Below, piece by piece: positions 20,201-29,826 of a stretch of 62,477 bases of DNA. The stretch is from the IMG/VR virus record IMGVR_UViG_3300025286_000008, positions 1-62,477 of that record. The stretch is one strand, 5' to 3'. Within the stretch, counting starts at the first letter, position 1. Every line of letters begins with the position of its first letter. The notes beneath the pieces are model-generated. The model ran no database searches and had not been told where the DNA came from. It was given only the letters and a program-made list of their open reading frames with translations. This DNA comes from a virus (lineage: Duplodnaviria; Caudoviricetes). The position numbers and the translations under genes are program-made.

Positions 20201-21171
20201 ATCTTTAGTACCTTACCACCGCTAATAACAGGAAGCAATTCTATATAGTAGTCAAAGCCAGCATCACCTGCAACCTCACTAATGATCTCCATAAGGCTAA
20301 TATTTGGCCCTGAAATACGATAGTATAAAGGAGCAAACGGAATCTCGCTTAGATCAATTAAATATTCTGACTTATTAAGATTGGCATTGGGAAGTGTTTG
20401 AAATGCAGAGTCGGTAATGAGGCCGTCTCTTTCAATAATTCCATATCCATCATCTGCGGGTGCTGGCCCTACGTAAATAATTCTAGCTTCTCTGCAATAG
20501 CTTCCGTGGAGAGTAGATACTAACGCTTGGTCAAGGCCAGCGGTTAAAGTGTTAATAGCACACCGAACATCGTTCCAGACCATGCCTCGATCATTGGCGT
20601 GATTACCAATAGTGTTATCAAGGGTTACTCCTCCGATTCCTCCAGCGGGAGATATATTACAGGTTGTGCCTAAACTCTCAACGAAGCCATAGGCATTAAT
20701 TAAGTTCCATACTCCAGAAGTGCCGCCAGGATAGTCATTAACAATAACTTGAGTATTCTCTAAGACAACACGAGGATCAGTTAGCTTGACCGTATAAACT
20801 GGGAATCCGTTAGGATCATTTCTCTCTGTCCAACCTTCAACTAGCCCAGCATATTCAAAGCCACCTCTAGCAGCCTCAGTAAGCCCATCAGGATTTTCTT
20901 CTACTCTAAAGTACGCTGCAACTCCAGGCTCAGGAAAGGTGAATCCTGGGTCAGTCATGCTCTCGGATGTTTGACGAGTTAATGTTTCGTCCCACCAAGT
21001 TCTTGGGCCTGCACAAGTATCTTGTACTAGCTCAATAGTCATACTGGAAGACTGTTCGTTCCAGCCAGCTTGAACACTAAAACTTATAACGCTACAACCG
21101 CAAAAGAGATTCTGCGGGAGCGGCCCGTAGATACGAGCGGGATCACATAGATTTTGACCTAATACTGCCAT
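17296..21171 (-). CDS. Tail tip / baseplate hub-like protein
   Basis: 1291 aa, two genes downstream of the tape measure, beta-rich. Confidence 0.6.
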   Translation of the reverse strand: MAVLGQNLCDPARIYGPLPQNLFCGCSVISFSVQAGWNEQSSSMTIELVQDTCAGPRTWWDETLTRQTSESMTDPGFTFPEPGVAAYFRVEENPDGLTEAARGGFEYAGLVEGWTERNDPNGFPVYTVKLTDPRVVLENTQVIVNDYPGGTSGVWNLINAYGFVESLGTTCNISPAGGIGGVTLDNTIGNHANDRGMVWNDVRCAINTLTAGLDQALVSTLHGSYCREARIIYVGPAPADDGYGIIERDGLITDSAFQTLPNANLNKSEYLIDLSEIPFAPLYYRISGPNISLMEIISEVAGDAGFDYYIELLPVISGGKVLKIIKVRAAVRSQQPALGVLDTFIATRRADEAASSGGILTYTRGEEVRNEDNSIYLIGGAVRDAEIVDAGDIVPFFGVDTAGDLVQAQIVDEEYQIRLDTFRLSQTLNTAFAMQYNWITESELRAALIDIDSWREVCLFVDNDFAAHLLAIGHEGRINKVVLKRIIEGKVPEHAIAIANKLAPDAMDADDDKDFEMIYEYVRNFANEYYGKQWLVNAGSVCVVTDQESDKKKYSHNASTEGCWIDDSTSTVLGLTHDTSATDFFRDDAGKYQPIIRFPVTASGLGGNAGLNADPTRLGDDTYITDGTANIWMKAEVDERWVAGTPLAPAGNTVSFLLKGAGAVIDSHTQGNKFGEAFAALDKLLEGQPGVDAPIRIVDKSAVVLGMVGRAIAPVGALAPQVSHVQTYGPWGIAGLPGQVRLETDDGLVPWEYGSDNIMTQAALNKVNSSVTQMRKGERGSVAVAGFPNIPIGAELFSVDTASPPVSQGNQKYLGTRSYSTNVCVGTLPTVRVAMNEWTGEFGPNITSVSSTVGPNGFTTEYQFSTYTPAFGRFAKDNAERLKIIGQSRVSTARNIRAQQLLRRQVAAGNARGREHHANIGVDKAPKSSHHVMVGRYTNTGTENSSYRPSVNTSAIRQAQAGFQDSGTYGVTAMMSLDGLFRPVSKSGDGGLTPYFVFNTGMCTGLADHSKQADGPILEYDRLSVTRTFLDALANPQQPVLLERSHLAASGHDIEILGRGATPPASGWTIEESDDGYQSDYRFMVHRGPIMIQQWGYDLCGKPVPNKIDIESDAESGKFVETLLLDRFMDGWLQKPKSWPMAPLDLRLDRERGVWVPPQPPRIMHALPTGDCFLVDSGVQLTNTKVTYDASGSTVADPEGTLATQYLAWPWAIEPPTGMGKIPAYFDNVDCSWYAFPVNRLDVSSGIEDPSSNPSPPIFRDVKLLVFGSGFQLSFADEDCNNTVTIELTPP

Positions 21172-21189
21172 CCTAACTCCTATTCCTTC

Positions 21190-22716
21190 TTATGAACTAC
21201 AATTAGTATAAGTGAATCCCATCGTTTTTGTGTACCTACCAATACTAAAATTCCAGTTCTGGCTTTGAGAAGATATAAATACCTGACTATAATTAGCCAT
21301 TAAGTCTCCAGAAATAACTCCAATAAAGTCGTGTACTAGGCCAGTTGGTACGGGCTTATACATCTCAGTAACAGAGTTACATGCTGTGGGAGGCAAGGTT
21401 ACTAGCTCTACACTAACAGTTCTAGTATTGGCTGTGATTGTTCCTATATCCTGTAAGATAGGCCCAGCCGCCCTACCTAATACTGTTTGAGAGGCGAATA
21501 CATCTTGAGCTAGTGTGTCATCAATGGAAATATTTTGAGATAGTAGGCAGTCTCCTGTAATACAACCACTAGTAGTAGTATCATATCCATATGCGTATGA
21601 AATAGTTCCCTCAATCGGATTTATTCCAACACTTCTACTTTTTACTACAGGATTAAGCGACCTGTCAAAGCACTCTCCGGTAACTGCCAAATATGCTGTT
21701 CTAGCCCTATCAAATAGTCTACTCTTGATTTGGTCATAATAACCAGAAGCAGCAGCAAATTTACCGGCGTTGACGTAAAAGCCTTCTTGACTACCACCAT
21801 CTCCGGTATAGGTGATCTCTGCCAACCCCTGAATACTTCCCACAATACTAACAGAGGCCAGCCCTTCAGATTGCTCTACTGATATCTCAAAGTCCTCCAG
21901 GGCATTGTTGGGCAGACTGTCGGCCCCGCTAGGAGTAACTACAAAGGTTTCTACTATACTAATAGAGCCATCAGTTTTATTTGTAGATACTTGACGAAAA
22001 TGATTAAAGACATCGTATCGGCTAAAGTAGTCAACACCTGGGAGGCCAAGAACACCAGTAAGGGTGACAAGCTCTCCATCGAAGCCGAGGCGGTCTATGG
22101 CATAGTCGCGGGCATCTTTCCAGGGGGTGTTGGAAACTTCACTACCCGTATACGCTATTCTTGCTTGTACGTCAATGCTGTGAGTCACGGCTAGCTTATA
22201 GCCAAACTTTTCCTGAGTGCCGTCCGCCAACGTCCAGTCAAACGGTGTTTGTTCGTCAGCAAACTCTACATCCCAGGTTTCCGATGCCGATTCTACAAAT
22301 GGGGGGAAGGGTGCGGAGTCATTAAACTTATCATTACCAGACCCCAAGATAGTGGTAGGCATGTTAAAATCAATTGAATAGCCAGCCCGAAAGGTCATGT
22401 TGTCGCCTTCGGGACTAACCGAGTATCCAGCAACCGTGGGATAGCCACTCAGAATGGGACTGTCGTTACAAGAAATAACCAATAGTCGCCCGTCATGATC
22501 CAGAGCATCCTTTAGTATTTCTATTTTGTCTGACACTCCCAGGATACCGCTGTCTAGCTGAGTACCCGTCAATATGATATCGCCGTTCAAAGTTATAGAA
22601 TGATTCATCCCATAACCTGAACCGTCAGGAGTTTTTAAAGGTTCTGATGACAAATTAAATAACGGTCGGGGCCGAAAATTATAACTGCCATATTTAAATT
22701 CTAATCCACTAGACAT
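21190..22716 (-). CDS. Distal tail-like protein
   Basis: Directly downstream of the tape measure; AAGGAG RBS; beta-rich. Confidence 0.55.
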   Translation of the reverse strand: MSSGLEFKYGSYNFRPRPLFNLSSEPLKTPDGSGYGMNHSITLNGDIILTGTQLDSGILGVSDKIEILKDALDHDGRLLVISCNDSPILSGYPTVAGYSVSPEGDNMTFRAGYSIDFNMPTTILGSGNDKFNDSAPFPPFVESASETWDVEFADEQTPFDWTLADGTQEKFGYKLAVTHSIDVQARIAYTGSEVSNTPWKDARDYAIDRLGFDGELVTLTGVLGLPGVDYFSRYDVFNHFRQVSTNKTDGSISIVETFVVTPSGADSLPNNALEDFEISVEQSEGLASVSIVGSIQGLAEITYTGDGGSQEGFYVNAGKFAAASGYYDQIKSRLFDRARTAYLAVTGECFDRSLNPVVKSRSVGINPIEGTISYAYGYDTTTSGCITGDCLLSQNISIDDTLAQDVFASQTVLGRAAGPILQDIGTITANTRTVSVELVTLPPTACNSVTEMYKPVPTGLVHDFIGVISGDLMANYSQVFISSQSQNWNFSIGRYTKTMGFTYTNCSS

Positions 22717-22728
22717 TATATTGCTCCT

Positions 22729-25700
22729 TTATTTCCCCTGCTGTAGCGAAGGATCACCATTTTGAGCCATCGCCTTCAGACGAACGCTCACTTGTTCCAG
22801 CACTTGGGCTGTAATCTTAGGCGAGATTTCATTTAATAGCTGACCACCGTTAAGAATAACCTCAACAGGTTGGACGCTGCCGTCTAAGTTAATAGTTAGA
22901 GCAGGAAGATTTTTCAGAGTCTCTGCCGCCTGATTAAGCTTTTCGGCTACCGGAGCAGCAGCATTTCTAAGACCATCCCCCATTCGTTTAGCAGCCACTT
23001 CTGCCGCTGCTATTGGCGATCCCGCCGCACCCGCTGCTCCTGGTTTTGAGGCTGCTAGAGGGGCACTGATATCGGAGTTAAGCGGTAAGCTTTGCAGTTC
23101 ACGGAATCGACCGATATTGGTGACGGGAGAAAATAAGTCACTTGCTGCACCCGCTGCACCCGCTGCTCCTGGTTTTGGAATAGTGACACCGGAAGTGCTT
23201 GCATTGGTTGCTAGGGCAGCAAAGTTGAATCCTGGCAAGCCTGTAGCGTTATTGATGGAGGCTCCTACGCCCCCACGCAAGTTTGCCGCACCTAAACCTG
23301 CTGCTTTAAGAGCCTCTCCAGTTTGCAAAATTGCGGCTCTCATCTGAGCTTGTTGATTAACCATCAATGCTGTATTTTGATCTACAAGACCTTGGATAAT
23401 AGCATTTTGCCCACCAGCAATAGTCTTAATATCGGCTCGACCTTGTTTCTCTGCGTCAGTACTTCCTTGCTTGGTTGCACCTAAGCCGAACAAGTTTCCA
23501 GCTAGCTGTGCCCCTGCACCGTCCGTAGTTATGCCAAGCCCTTTCAGCTTACCGCCGACAAAGTTCTGGATACCCCCAGTAACATTAGCCTGAAGCTGAT
23601 CGCTCTGTGCAGGATTCAACTTTGCTGCCCTAGCAACCAATTCTGGATTTTGTGCTATAGCTGCTGCATCGCCTATACCAATCTGCTCACCACGAGCTAC
23701 TGCCTGCTGTGCTAATACGGGCCTTAGCCTTTTTCGTAAAATCTCTTCCTGTTTTTTCGGATCGCCTTCAGCCGCAGCAAGGTCAGCCGCAAAGAGAGCC
23801 GCCGACTGTCGTTCGTTCAGTCTAGATTCCTGTATACGAGACAACTGAGATTCTATTTCTGAGAGTCGAGTAACATCGCCCGATAGAGTGTCTAGAGCAG
23901 CTTGGTTTCCATCAAGAGCGGCAGTATTGTTCGCTAGCTCTCCTGCAAGTCTAGTTAATTCAGAGGTAGCATCTTCACCACCAGCCTGTCTGTCCTGAGC
24001 AGTAGTAATGTCGTTTTGAATTTGGCCTCTTCTAGCCTGAAGAGTACTTCTACGATCTAATATAGCGTTTGCATTAAACACATTTCCAGGTGCTTGTTCG
24101 CCGCCCCGACTAAGCTGTGCCGTTAGGATTTGCTGTAAGTTTCTTTCGGCAGTAGTGTCTCTCGCTAGAGGGTCACGAGTACTTGGTCTAAACCTATCGA
24201 GTCTTCCTCTAATAGATTGATTATTCTTTATAATACTCTCGTCAGCCTTAGCCTGTTCTCTGGCTATAGTAAGCTGAAGGTTGGCAGACTCAATTATTGC
24301 GGCGTCGAACTTATTAAGAGACTCGATTACAGTTGCCGCTGCTGCTGCTTGATCTTCACCAGCCTTTGTGAGTGTTTTCCCAAGGCTTTCAAAGTCTCCC
24401 AACTGCAATATATTTTTTAGCTGAACCGAACCTTGACCGTCTGCACCCTCACCCTGCCTCTTCGCAAAGGTTGCTTGAAGGTTTGAGACTATATCCTGCT
24501 GAACCACTTCGGGAAGTCTGGCGAACGCTGGACCGGCCTGTTTCTTAAACTCATCAATAATGGCGTTTGGCCCGATATTTACTGCGTCTTCTCCGAGTGA
24601 GTCCAGGGTGGATTTTAAAATCTGAGGTAGATCGCGGCCTATCTGAATCGTTTCTGGTATTCCTCTGAAAGCTCCAGGTTGTCCAGTGGCGTTTCCAATT
24701 CGATTGACTCCAGCCTGTATGTCTGCGTTACTACTTGCAGCTACGTTGGAGAAGGGGTTAATTCTGCCCTGGGCACTAATTTTTCCACCAGCCCCTCCCA
24801 AGATTCTGGCAGTTTCAGCGTCTGCATTTCCAATCCTAGTCTGAAGGTTGGATGTAGCACCGCTTGCCGCTCTAGATAAAAAGTCTGCGGCTTGCCCAAG
24901 AGCGTCTATACTCTTAGTAAGGTTTTCTAATGATTCTTGTACCAATCTAATTTTAGCAAGATTGTCGTCTGCCTTCGGGTCTAGAGCAGTTTCTAGTTCA
25001 CTATTAAAACGAGATAGACTTTGAAGTGCCAACTGCAAGCTATGAGGCGTGTCAAAACCAAGCCCCTTGGCAAGCTCATTAAGCTGTGCAGTGTCTAAGC
25101 CTTGAACACCATTTACAAAATTTTCAATGCTGCTGAACGCACCTTCGGGTAGGGCGTTCAGTAACTTACCGACCTTCTGGTCATCGTTAATGCTACTGTC
25201 AATACTATTAAACAAATTTGAAGCAAAATCCTCAGAAGCACTCTTAAAATCTCCACCTCTCCCTAGTTCCCGCCTTGCTGCTAACTCTGCGGTAGAGAAA
25301 ATGCTAGCTAATACTTTCCCCAACTCTTCGTTATCGCCAGCTATACCTTTAAGATTTTCCGTTAATCTCTTACCAGCCTGTAAAGCCGCAATGTTCTGTA
25401 GATTGCTATGTAAGTCCGCAAGCTCCTTGTTGGCTACTTCACCACCATTGGCAACTGCGAGCAATTCTTCAGAAGATAAGTTATCAACAATATGTTGCAA
25501 TAGTCTTCCGCTAGTGTCTTGAGCCCTTTTTAAATCTTCGTCTCTAATAAGCTCTAGAGACTTAGCTCCCGCCTGACCCGCCTGTACTTGTCTTCCGAAG
25601 CTAACCCTTTGGCTAAAATCTTTCTCTTCACCACCAAAACCTAAGAATTTACCAATCCCTTTTATGTCGTCTAGGAGTGCCAATCCAGGAGTAAAGGTGT

Positions 25701-28700
25701 TTTTTATTTGTCTAGCAACAAGCCCACCGATAGCAGAATCTCCGGTGCTCGCGTCGATTGCGGAAGAGACTGTGCCAACCTTATCCAAAAAGCCTACGTC
25801 ACCTGCAAATGCAGTGCTAAGGTCGTTGGCAAAGCTTTTAAAGCCATCGCCAGCAAACGTTGCACCCAACGCCCCTAGAGGGGAGGCAGAGGCTATCCCG
25901 CTCAATGCGGCGGCGGCTAATGAGCTTGATTCATTTAACTGGATTAAAGAATTGGCGGTTGCCAGGGTTTGGTCAAACAGAAGCTTAGATGCCTTAGTTG
26001 CCTCTCTAACTTTTCCAGCATCATCAAAGTCATCACCCAAAGCATCTAAAGCACCACCTAGTAGTTGAGAAGACTTAACTAGCTTATCGAAAGAGTCAAA
26101 TTTAATTTGATTTATCTTTGCTTCGAATGCCCCCTTAAGACCTCCGATAAGCCCGCCCAATGCCCCTCCAGCAGCAACTCCTACTGGACCAAGAAAAGAA
26201 CCAATACCAGCACCCAGTGCCGCTCCGCTTAATGCTCCGGTCGCACCGCCTATAAGTCCTGCGTTCGCACGGCCAGCACCACTTGCAAACCCTTTGACTC
26301 CACCAACTTCTGTTTGGCCAAATGAATCTTTGATACTATCTGCAATAGGCCCAATGGCTAATGCTGCAACAGCACCCAAGCCAAGACCTTTAACGCCGCC
26401 GAAACCTTTCAAAGGATTGCGAATACCTCTCCTGCCACCTCTGGCACTGGCTCGTTCAGCCTTTCTACCAGCACGGTCTGCTCTATCTACTCTATCCAAT
26501 CCTACAAGATCACTCTCTACCACACCACCCGTTCGACGCTGTGCTCTGATTCTTCGTAGTTGGGAAGCACGACGATCACGAGCGTTTTGACGACCAACTT
26601 GCCCCGAGTCAAGTGCTCCTACCCCACCACGAGATTCTCTAATTCTAGATTCGCGTAAGCTTCTACCCGTTGCATCATTTCTTGCAGCCCCTCTACTACC
26701 CAACTGTCTTGAGGCTCGTACCAACTCGGCCATTACCACTTTTTCTTGTTTGGCTCGATTCAGAAATCCTGCCGTAACCTGTGGTAAGATGAATGCTGCC
26801 CCTGCCAAGGCATTAACAAAGCCTCCAAAGGAACTGAAATCAAGATTACCTAAAACTAATAGTCCCGTAGCCGCCTTACCCGCACTCTCAGCAAGGTTGC
26901 TAACCCTACCACCGCCTTGGAATCTTTGCTTTCGACCGCCGCCTACTGAGCCACCGCCCCTAAAACGAGGAAGGTCTAGCCCTGAACCCTCTGAGGAAGA
27001 TTTGCGAATTACAAAAGACCCTGGCTCTAATGCTCTAGATACGGTATCCGAGTTTCCGCTACCTGGAATCCTGGTAACATCACTAGAATTAAATCTACCT
27101 AGTCCAGAAGCATCCCCTGTTCTATTGAACATGTCCAAATTCTGCTCACCTAGTCGGTCAACAGCATTAGGATGAAAGACTAATTCTCCAGGCGTTAACA
27201 GAGCGTCAACACTATTAGATACGCCGCCTCGTCCTTTAGCCTGGGTTGCTGCGGTAGCCGAAAGTTTGAGCGAGCTAGGACTACTAGAAATTGCTTTTCC
27301 TAAAATGCTGCCTCGTGAGTCCGAATTATTTCTAACTTTGAATTCATTAGGATCAACAAAAACCCCGCCGAATAATTTTTTCAAATCATCTTTATTTGAA
27401 ACATTGGCAAAGTCAAAGCCTGGGTCTGAGGTGGGATCGGTAACAAGGTTTTGACTAACTCTCCTAACAAACCCCTCAAAGAACTGACCCTTGACGTTTT
27501 GAACAGCACTATTAGACATTAACTCATTTAGGCGTACACTGCCAGGATTTAGTACCCCGCTAAAACGCTTCGTAGCCTTATTAAACAGCGGGACTATACC
27601 GCCTTCAATTTCTTCTGTGAAAATATCCCTACCGCTTTGAGATAAAAATCCAGGTTTAGCATTGGGTGCTTTTAGTACTGCTCCAGGCTTAATATTTCTA
27701 TTGCCTATGGCGGCCATTAGGTTCTGACGCCCTATAGCAGGGCCGTTCGCCAATACCGACTTAATGGTAGATGACAAAGGAGTGGGAGCACCCTCTAAGA
27801 AGGAAGCTCCAAACGTAGACCCAATTGATCCCGACGTAATAGTAGCGTTAGACCTACTCTTTTGTAGCAAGGCTCTGTATCTAGCATCTTTAGCTCCACG
27901 AAGCTTGCCCTGTCTGCCTTGAGGTCTTAATGTTTTTAGTTCGGCTTGCTCTTCTGTTGTTAATCCACCGTCATTAAATCTAACACGACCACCCGAACGA
28001 AATGGTTTTCTACCAACTCCACCGCCGCTACCAAAGCGACGAGCCCCGCCGCCAACACTTCTACGATTTAATGCCGCAATAAGAGCAGTGATCCTACCGC
28101 TGAGAGCGGTAAGCTGAGTTGTATTAGAGGTCTGTGCCGCAGTATTGGCCGCTATAGCAGCTTGCTTAGCTTGGGTTGATGCCCCGCTTACTGCTCCCCC
28201 TACCGCACCTCCGACGCCTCCTGCTCCACCGCCTTTGCCCAAGCCTCCGACAAATCCTCTACCAAAACTAAAAGCCGCTCCGGTTAATTTAACGGCGGCA
28301 AAAGCAGTCAACAGAGGAAGTGCTGGACGCAAAGCATCTGCAAGTGTGATAAATGCGTTGGCGGCAGTTAAGGCAAACTTAGCGAGATTTTGAAAAGTGT
28401 CAGACTTTGAAACATTACGCAGCAATTCCTGAAAGCGAGTTCCAACGTTTTCAAACTGTACCGCCAAGGTTTGTTGTGCTAAGGCTACATCTTTAGAAAT
28501 ACTCGCAGTACCCTGCAAGGCAACCGTTCTTGCCTTTTCCGCTTTCTCAAACTGAACGATGGCAGGAATTAAGTTTTTAAGTTGGCGGATACCACCCAAC
28601 TCTTCGACAATAGCACCGAAGGTAATCACATCTCCTGAAGCCTGTAAGGAGCTTAATTTTTCCGACAACACCTTAAAGGTATCAAAGAAGCCGATGAACT

Positions 28701-29754
28701 TGCCTTCTGTATCTGTTATTTGAATCCCAAGATCGTCTAAGAACTTAACTGTTCCTGGTCGTTGGAGTCGAGCAAAGATAGTTCTTAAACCAGTACCAAT
28801 AGAGTCGGCACTTTCACGAGTTGTTGATCTAACGGCAGTAAAGATAGCGATGAGATCATTAAGGGCAGCTTGTGGCTTTTGAAACTGACTACTAGACGCT
28901 GCAAATACACCACCAGCCTTTCGGATAACAGAAACAATATCTTCGGACTCAACGGCGAACTGCTTAGATACCGCATTGATAGAGCCTAAAACCTCTTCTG
29001 TCTTGCTAGCCTGAATATTAAACTGGTTCAGAGCAGCAATAACACCTTCCGTGGTGGACTTCATACTACCAAAGGTTGGAGACAATGAAGCTCGTGCAAC
29101 GGCTTTCAATGAAGACTCTACTTGGTCTAAAGTCTGTCCCGTCTGGGCAAACGTTCTAGCAACATCTACTAGGTCTAGGGCTGAAACGCCTAAAGTAGTA
29201 GAAAGCCTGTCTATCTGGCTAGTTAGCCCGTCAAGCTGTGAACCGACCTTGCCTGTGACCTGAGATATTTTAACTAGTTCTCTCTCGAACTTAATACCTT
29301 CTCCGATACCGTCTTTAAGAGCCCGTGCAAAACCAAAGATAGCACCAGTGGCAATCGTAAAGGCGGAAAATCTACGGATAGCTAAGGCGGCATCTTTACC
29401 GAAGGCTTGCATCTGAGTGCCAGCCGCTCCCACCTCTTGACCTACTCTACGAACACTCTTACTGGCAGAGGCGGCAGAACTGGAAAGAGCAGTAGTGGAC
29501 TGAGCAGCATTAGCAGAAGCCTTAGAATATGTGCTGACCGAAGCCACGCTTTTTTTGGAGGCGACATTCAAAGCCTTGAGATTAGCATTTGTAGCGGTAA
29601 TGCTTGCGTTAAGTTTGGTTAAGCCACCCCCTCCAGCTACAGTAACGTTAACCGGAGTATTGATACCTTGCAGTCCGGTTGAAATAGCCTTACGAACTTT
29701 CGCTAGGTTCTTTGGACCGCTAAGTACAACTTCTGCATTGATATTAAACGCCAT
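22729..29754 (-). CDS. Tail tape measure protein (TP901-like core)
   Basis: About 2341 aa from ATG 29754; FERELVKI..ARTFAQTG..IGTGLRTIFARL core; Ala/Gly-rich and hydrophobic segments. Confidence 0.9.
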   Translation of the reverse strand: MAFNINAEVVLSGPKNLAKVRKAISTGLQGINTPVNVTVAGGGGLTKLNASITATNANLKALNVASKKSVASVSTYSKASANAAQSTTALSSSAASASKSVRRVGQEVGAAGTQMQAFGKDAALAIRRFSAFTIATGAIFGFARALKDGIGEGIKFERELVKISQVTGKVGSQLDGLTSQIDRLSTTLGVSALDLVDVARTFAQTGQTLDQVESSLKAVARASLSPTFGSMKSTTEGVIAALNQFNIQASKTEEVLGSINAVSKQFAVESEDIVSVIRKAGGVFAASSSQFQKPQAALNDLIAIFTAVRSTTRESADSIGTGLRTIFARLQRPGTVKFLDDLGIQITDTEGKFIGFFDTFKVLSEKLSSLQASGDVITFGAIVEELGGIRQLKNLIPAIVQFEKAEKARTVALQGTASISKDVALAQQTLAVQFENVGTRFQELLRNVSKSDTFQNLAKFALTAANAFITLADALRPALPLLTAFAAVKLTGAAFSFGRGFVGGLGKGGGAGGVGGAVGGAVSGASTQAKQAAIAANTAAQTSNTTQLTALSGRITALIAALNRRSVGGGARRFGSGGGVGRKPFRSGGRVRFNDGGLTTEEQAELKTLRPQGRQGKLRGAKDARYRALLQKSRSNATITSGSIGSTFGASFLEGAPTPLSSTIKSVLANGPAIGRQNLMAAIGNRNIKPGAVLKAPNAKPGFLSQSGRDIFTEEIEGGIVPLFNKATKRFSGVLNPGSVRLNELMSNSAVQNVKGQFFEGFVRRVSQNLVTDPTSDPGFDFANVSNKDDLKKLFGGVFVDPNEFKVRNNSDSRGSILGKAISSSPSSLKLSATAATQAKGRGGVSNSVDALLTPGELVFHPNAVDRLGEQNLDMFNRTGDASGLGRFNSSDVTRIPGSGNSDTVSRALEPGSFVIRKSSSEGSGLDLPRFRGGGSVGGGRKQRFQGGGRVSNLAESAGKAATGLLVLGNLDFSSFGGFVNALAGAAFILPQVTAGFLNRAKQEKVVMAELVRASRQLGSRGAARNDATGRSLRESRIRESRGGVGALDSGQVGRQNARDRRASQLRRIRAQRRTGGVVESDLVGLDRVDRADRAGRKAERASARGGRRGIRNPLKGFGGVKGLGLGAVAALAIGPIADSIKDSFGQTEVGGVKGFASGAGRANAGLIGGATGALSGAALGAGIGSFLGPVGVAAGGALGGLIGGLKGAFEAKINQIKFDSFDKLVKSSQLLGGALDALGDDFDDAGKVREATKASKLLFDQTLATANSLIQLNESSSLAAAALSGIASASPLGALGATFAGDGFKSFANDLSTAFAGDVGFLDKVGTVSSAIDASTGDSAIGGLVARQIKNTFTPGLALLDDIKGIGKFLGFGGEEKDFSQRVSFGRQVQAGQAGAKSLELIRDEDLKRAQDTSGRLLQHIVDNLSSEELLAVANGGEVANKELADLHSNLQNIAALQAGKRLTENLKGIAGDNEELGKVLASIFSTAELAARRELGRGGDFKSASEDFASNLFNSIDSSINDDQKVGKLLNALPEGAFSSIENFVNGVQGLDTAQLNELAKGLGFDTPHSLQLALQSLSRFNSELETALDPKADDNLAKIRLVQESLENLTKSIDALGQAADFLSRAASGATSNLQTRIGNADAETARILGGAGGKISAQGRINPFSNVAASSNADIQAGVNRIGNATGQPGAFRGIPETIQIGRDLPQILKSTLDSLGEDAVNIGPNAIIDEFKKQAGPAFARLPEVVQQDIVSNLQATFAKRQGEGADGQGSVQLKNILQLGDFESLGKTLTKAGEDQAAAAATVIESLNKFDAAIIESANLQLTIAREQAKADESIIKNNQSIRGRLDRFRPSTRDPLARDTTAERNLQQILTAQLSRGGEQAPGNVFNANAILDRRSTLQARRGQIQNDITTAQDRQAGGEDATSELTRLAGELANNTAALDGNQAALDTLSGDVTRLSEIESQLSRIQESRLNERQSAALFAADLAAAEGDPKKQEEILRKRLRPVLAQQAVARGEQIGIGDAAAIAQNPELVARAAKLNPAQSDQLQANVTGGIQNFVGGKLKGLGITTDGAGAQLAGNLFGLGATKQGSTDAEKQGRADIKTIAGGQNAIIQGLVDQNTALMVNQQAQMRAAILQTGEALKAAGLGAANLRGGVGASINNATGLPGFNFAALATNASTSGVTIPKPGAAGAAGAASDLFSPVTNIGRFRELQSLPLNSDISAPLAASKPGAAGAAGSPIAAAEVAAKRMGDGLRNAAAPVAEKLNQAAETLKNLPALTINLDGSVQPVEVILNGGQLLNEISPKITAQVLEQVSVRLKAMAQNGDPSLQQGK
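23027..23177. repeat. 22-bp direct repeat GCACCCGCTGCTCCTGGTTTTG (23027-23048 and 23156-23177)
   Basis: Exact copies 129 bp apart, both encoding KPGAAGA in the tape measure C-terminus. Confidence 0.85.
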
Positions 29755-29770
29755 ATATTTACCTATAAAC

Positions 29771-29815
29771 AAAAAGCGATCCACCTTGAAATTAAAAAAT
29801 CAAAATAGATCGCTT
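29771..29815 (-). terminator. Intrinsic terminator just upstream of the tape measure gene
   Basis: AAGCGATCTATTTTGA / TCAAGGTGGATCGCTT stem (with GU pairs) followed by a U tract. Confidence 0.7.
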
Positions 29816-29826
29816 ATCCGAGATTA

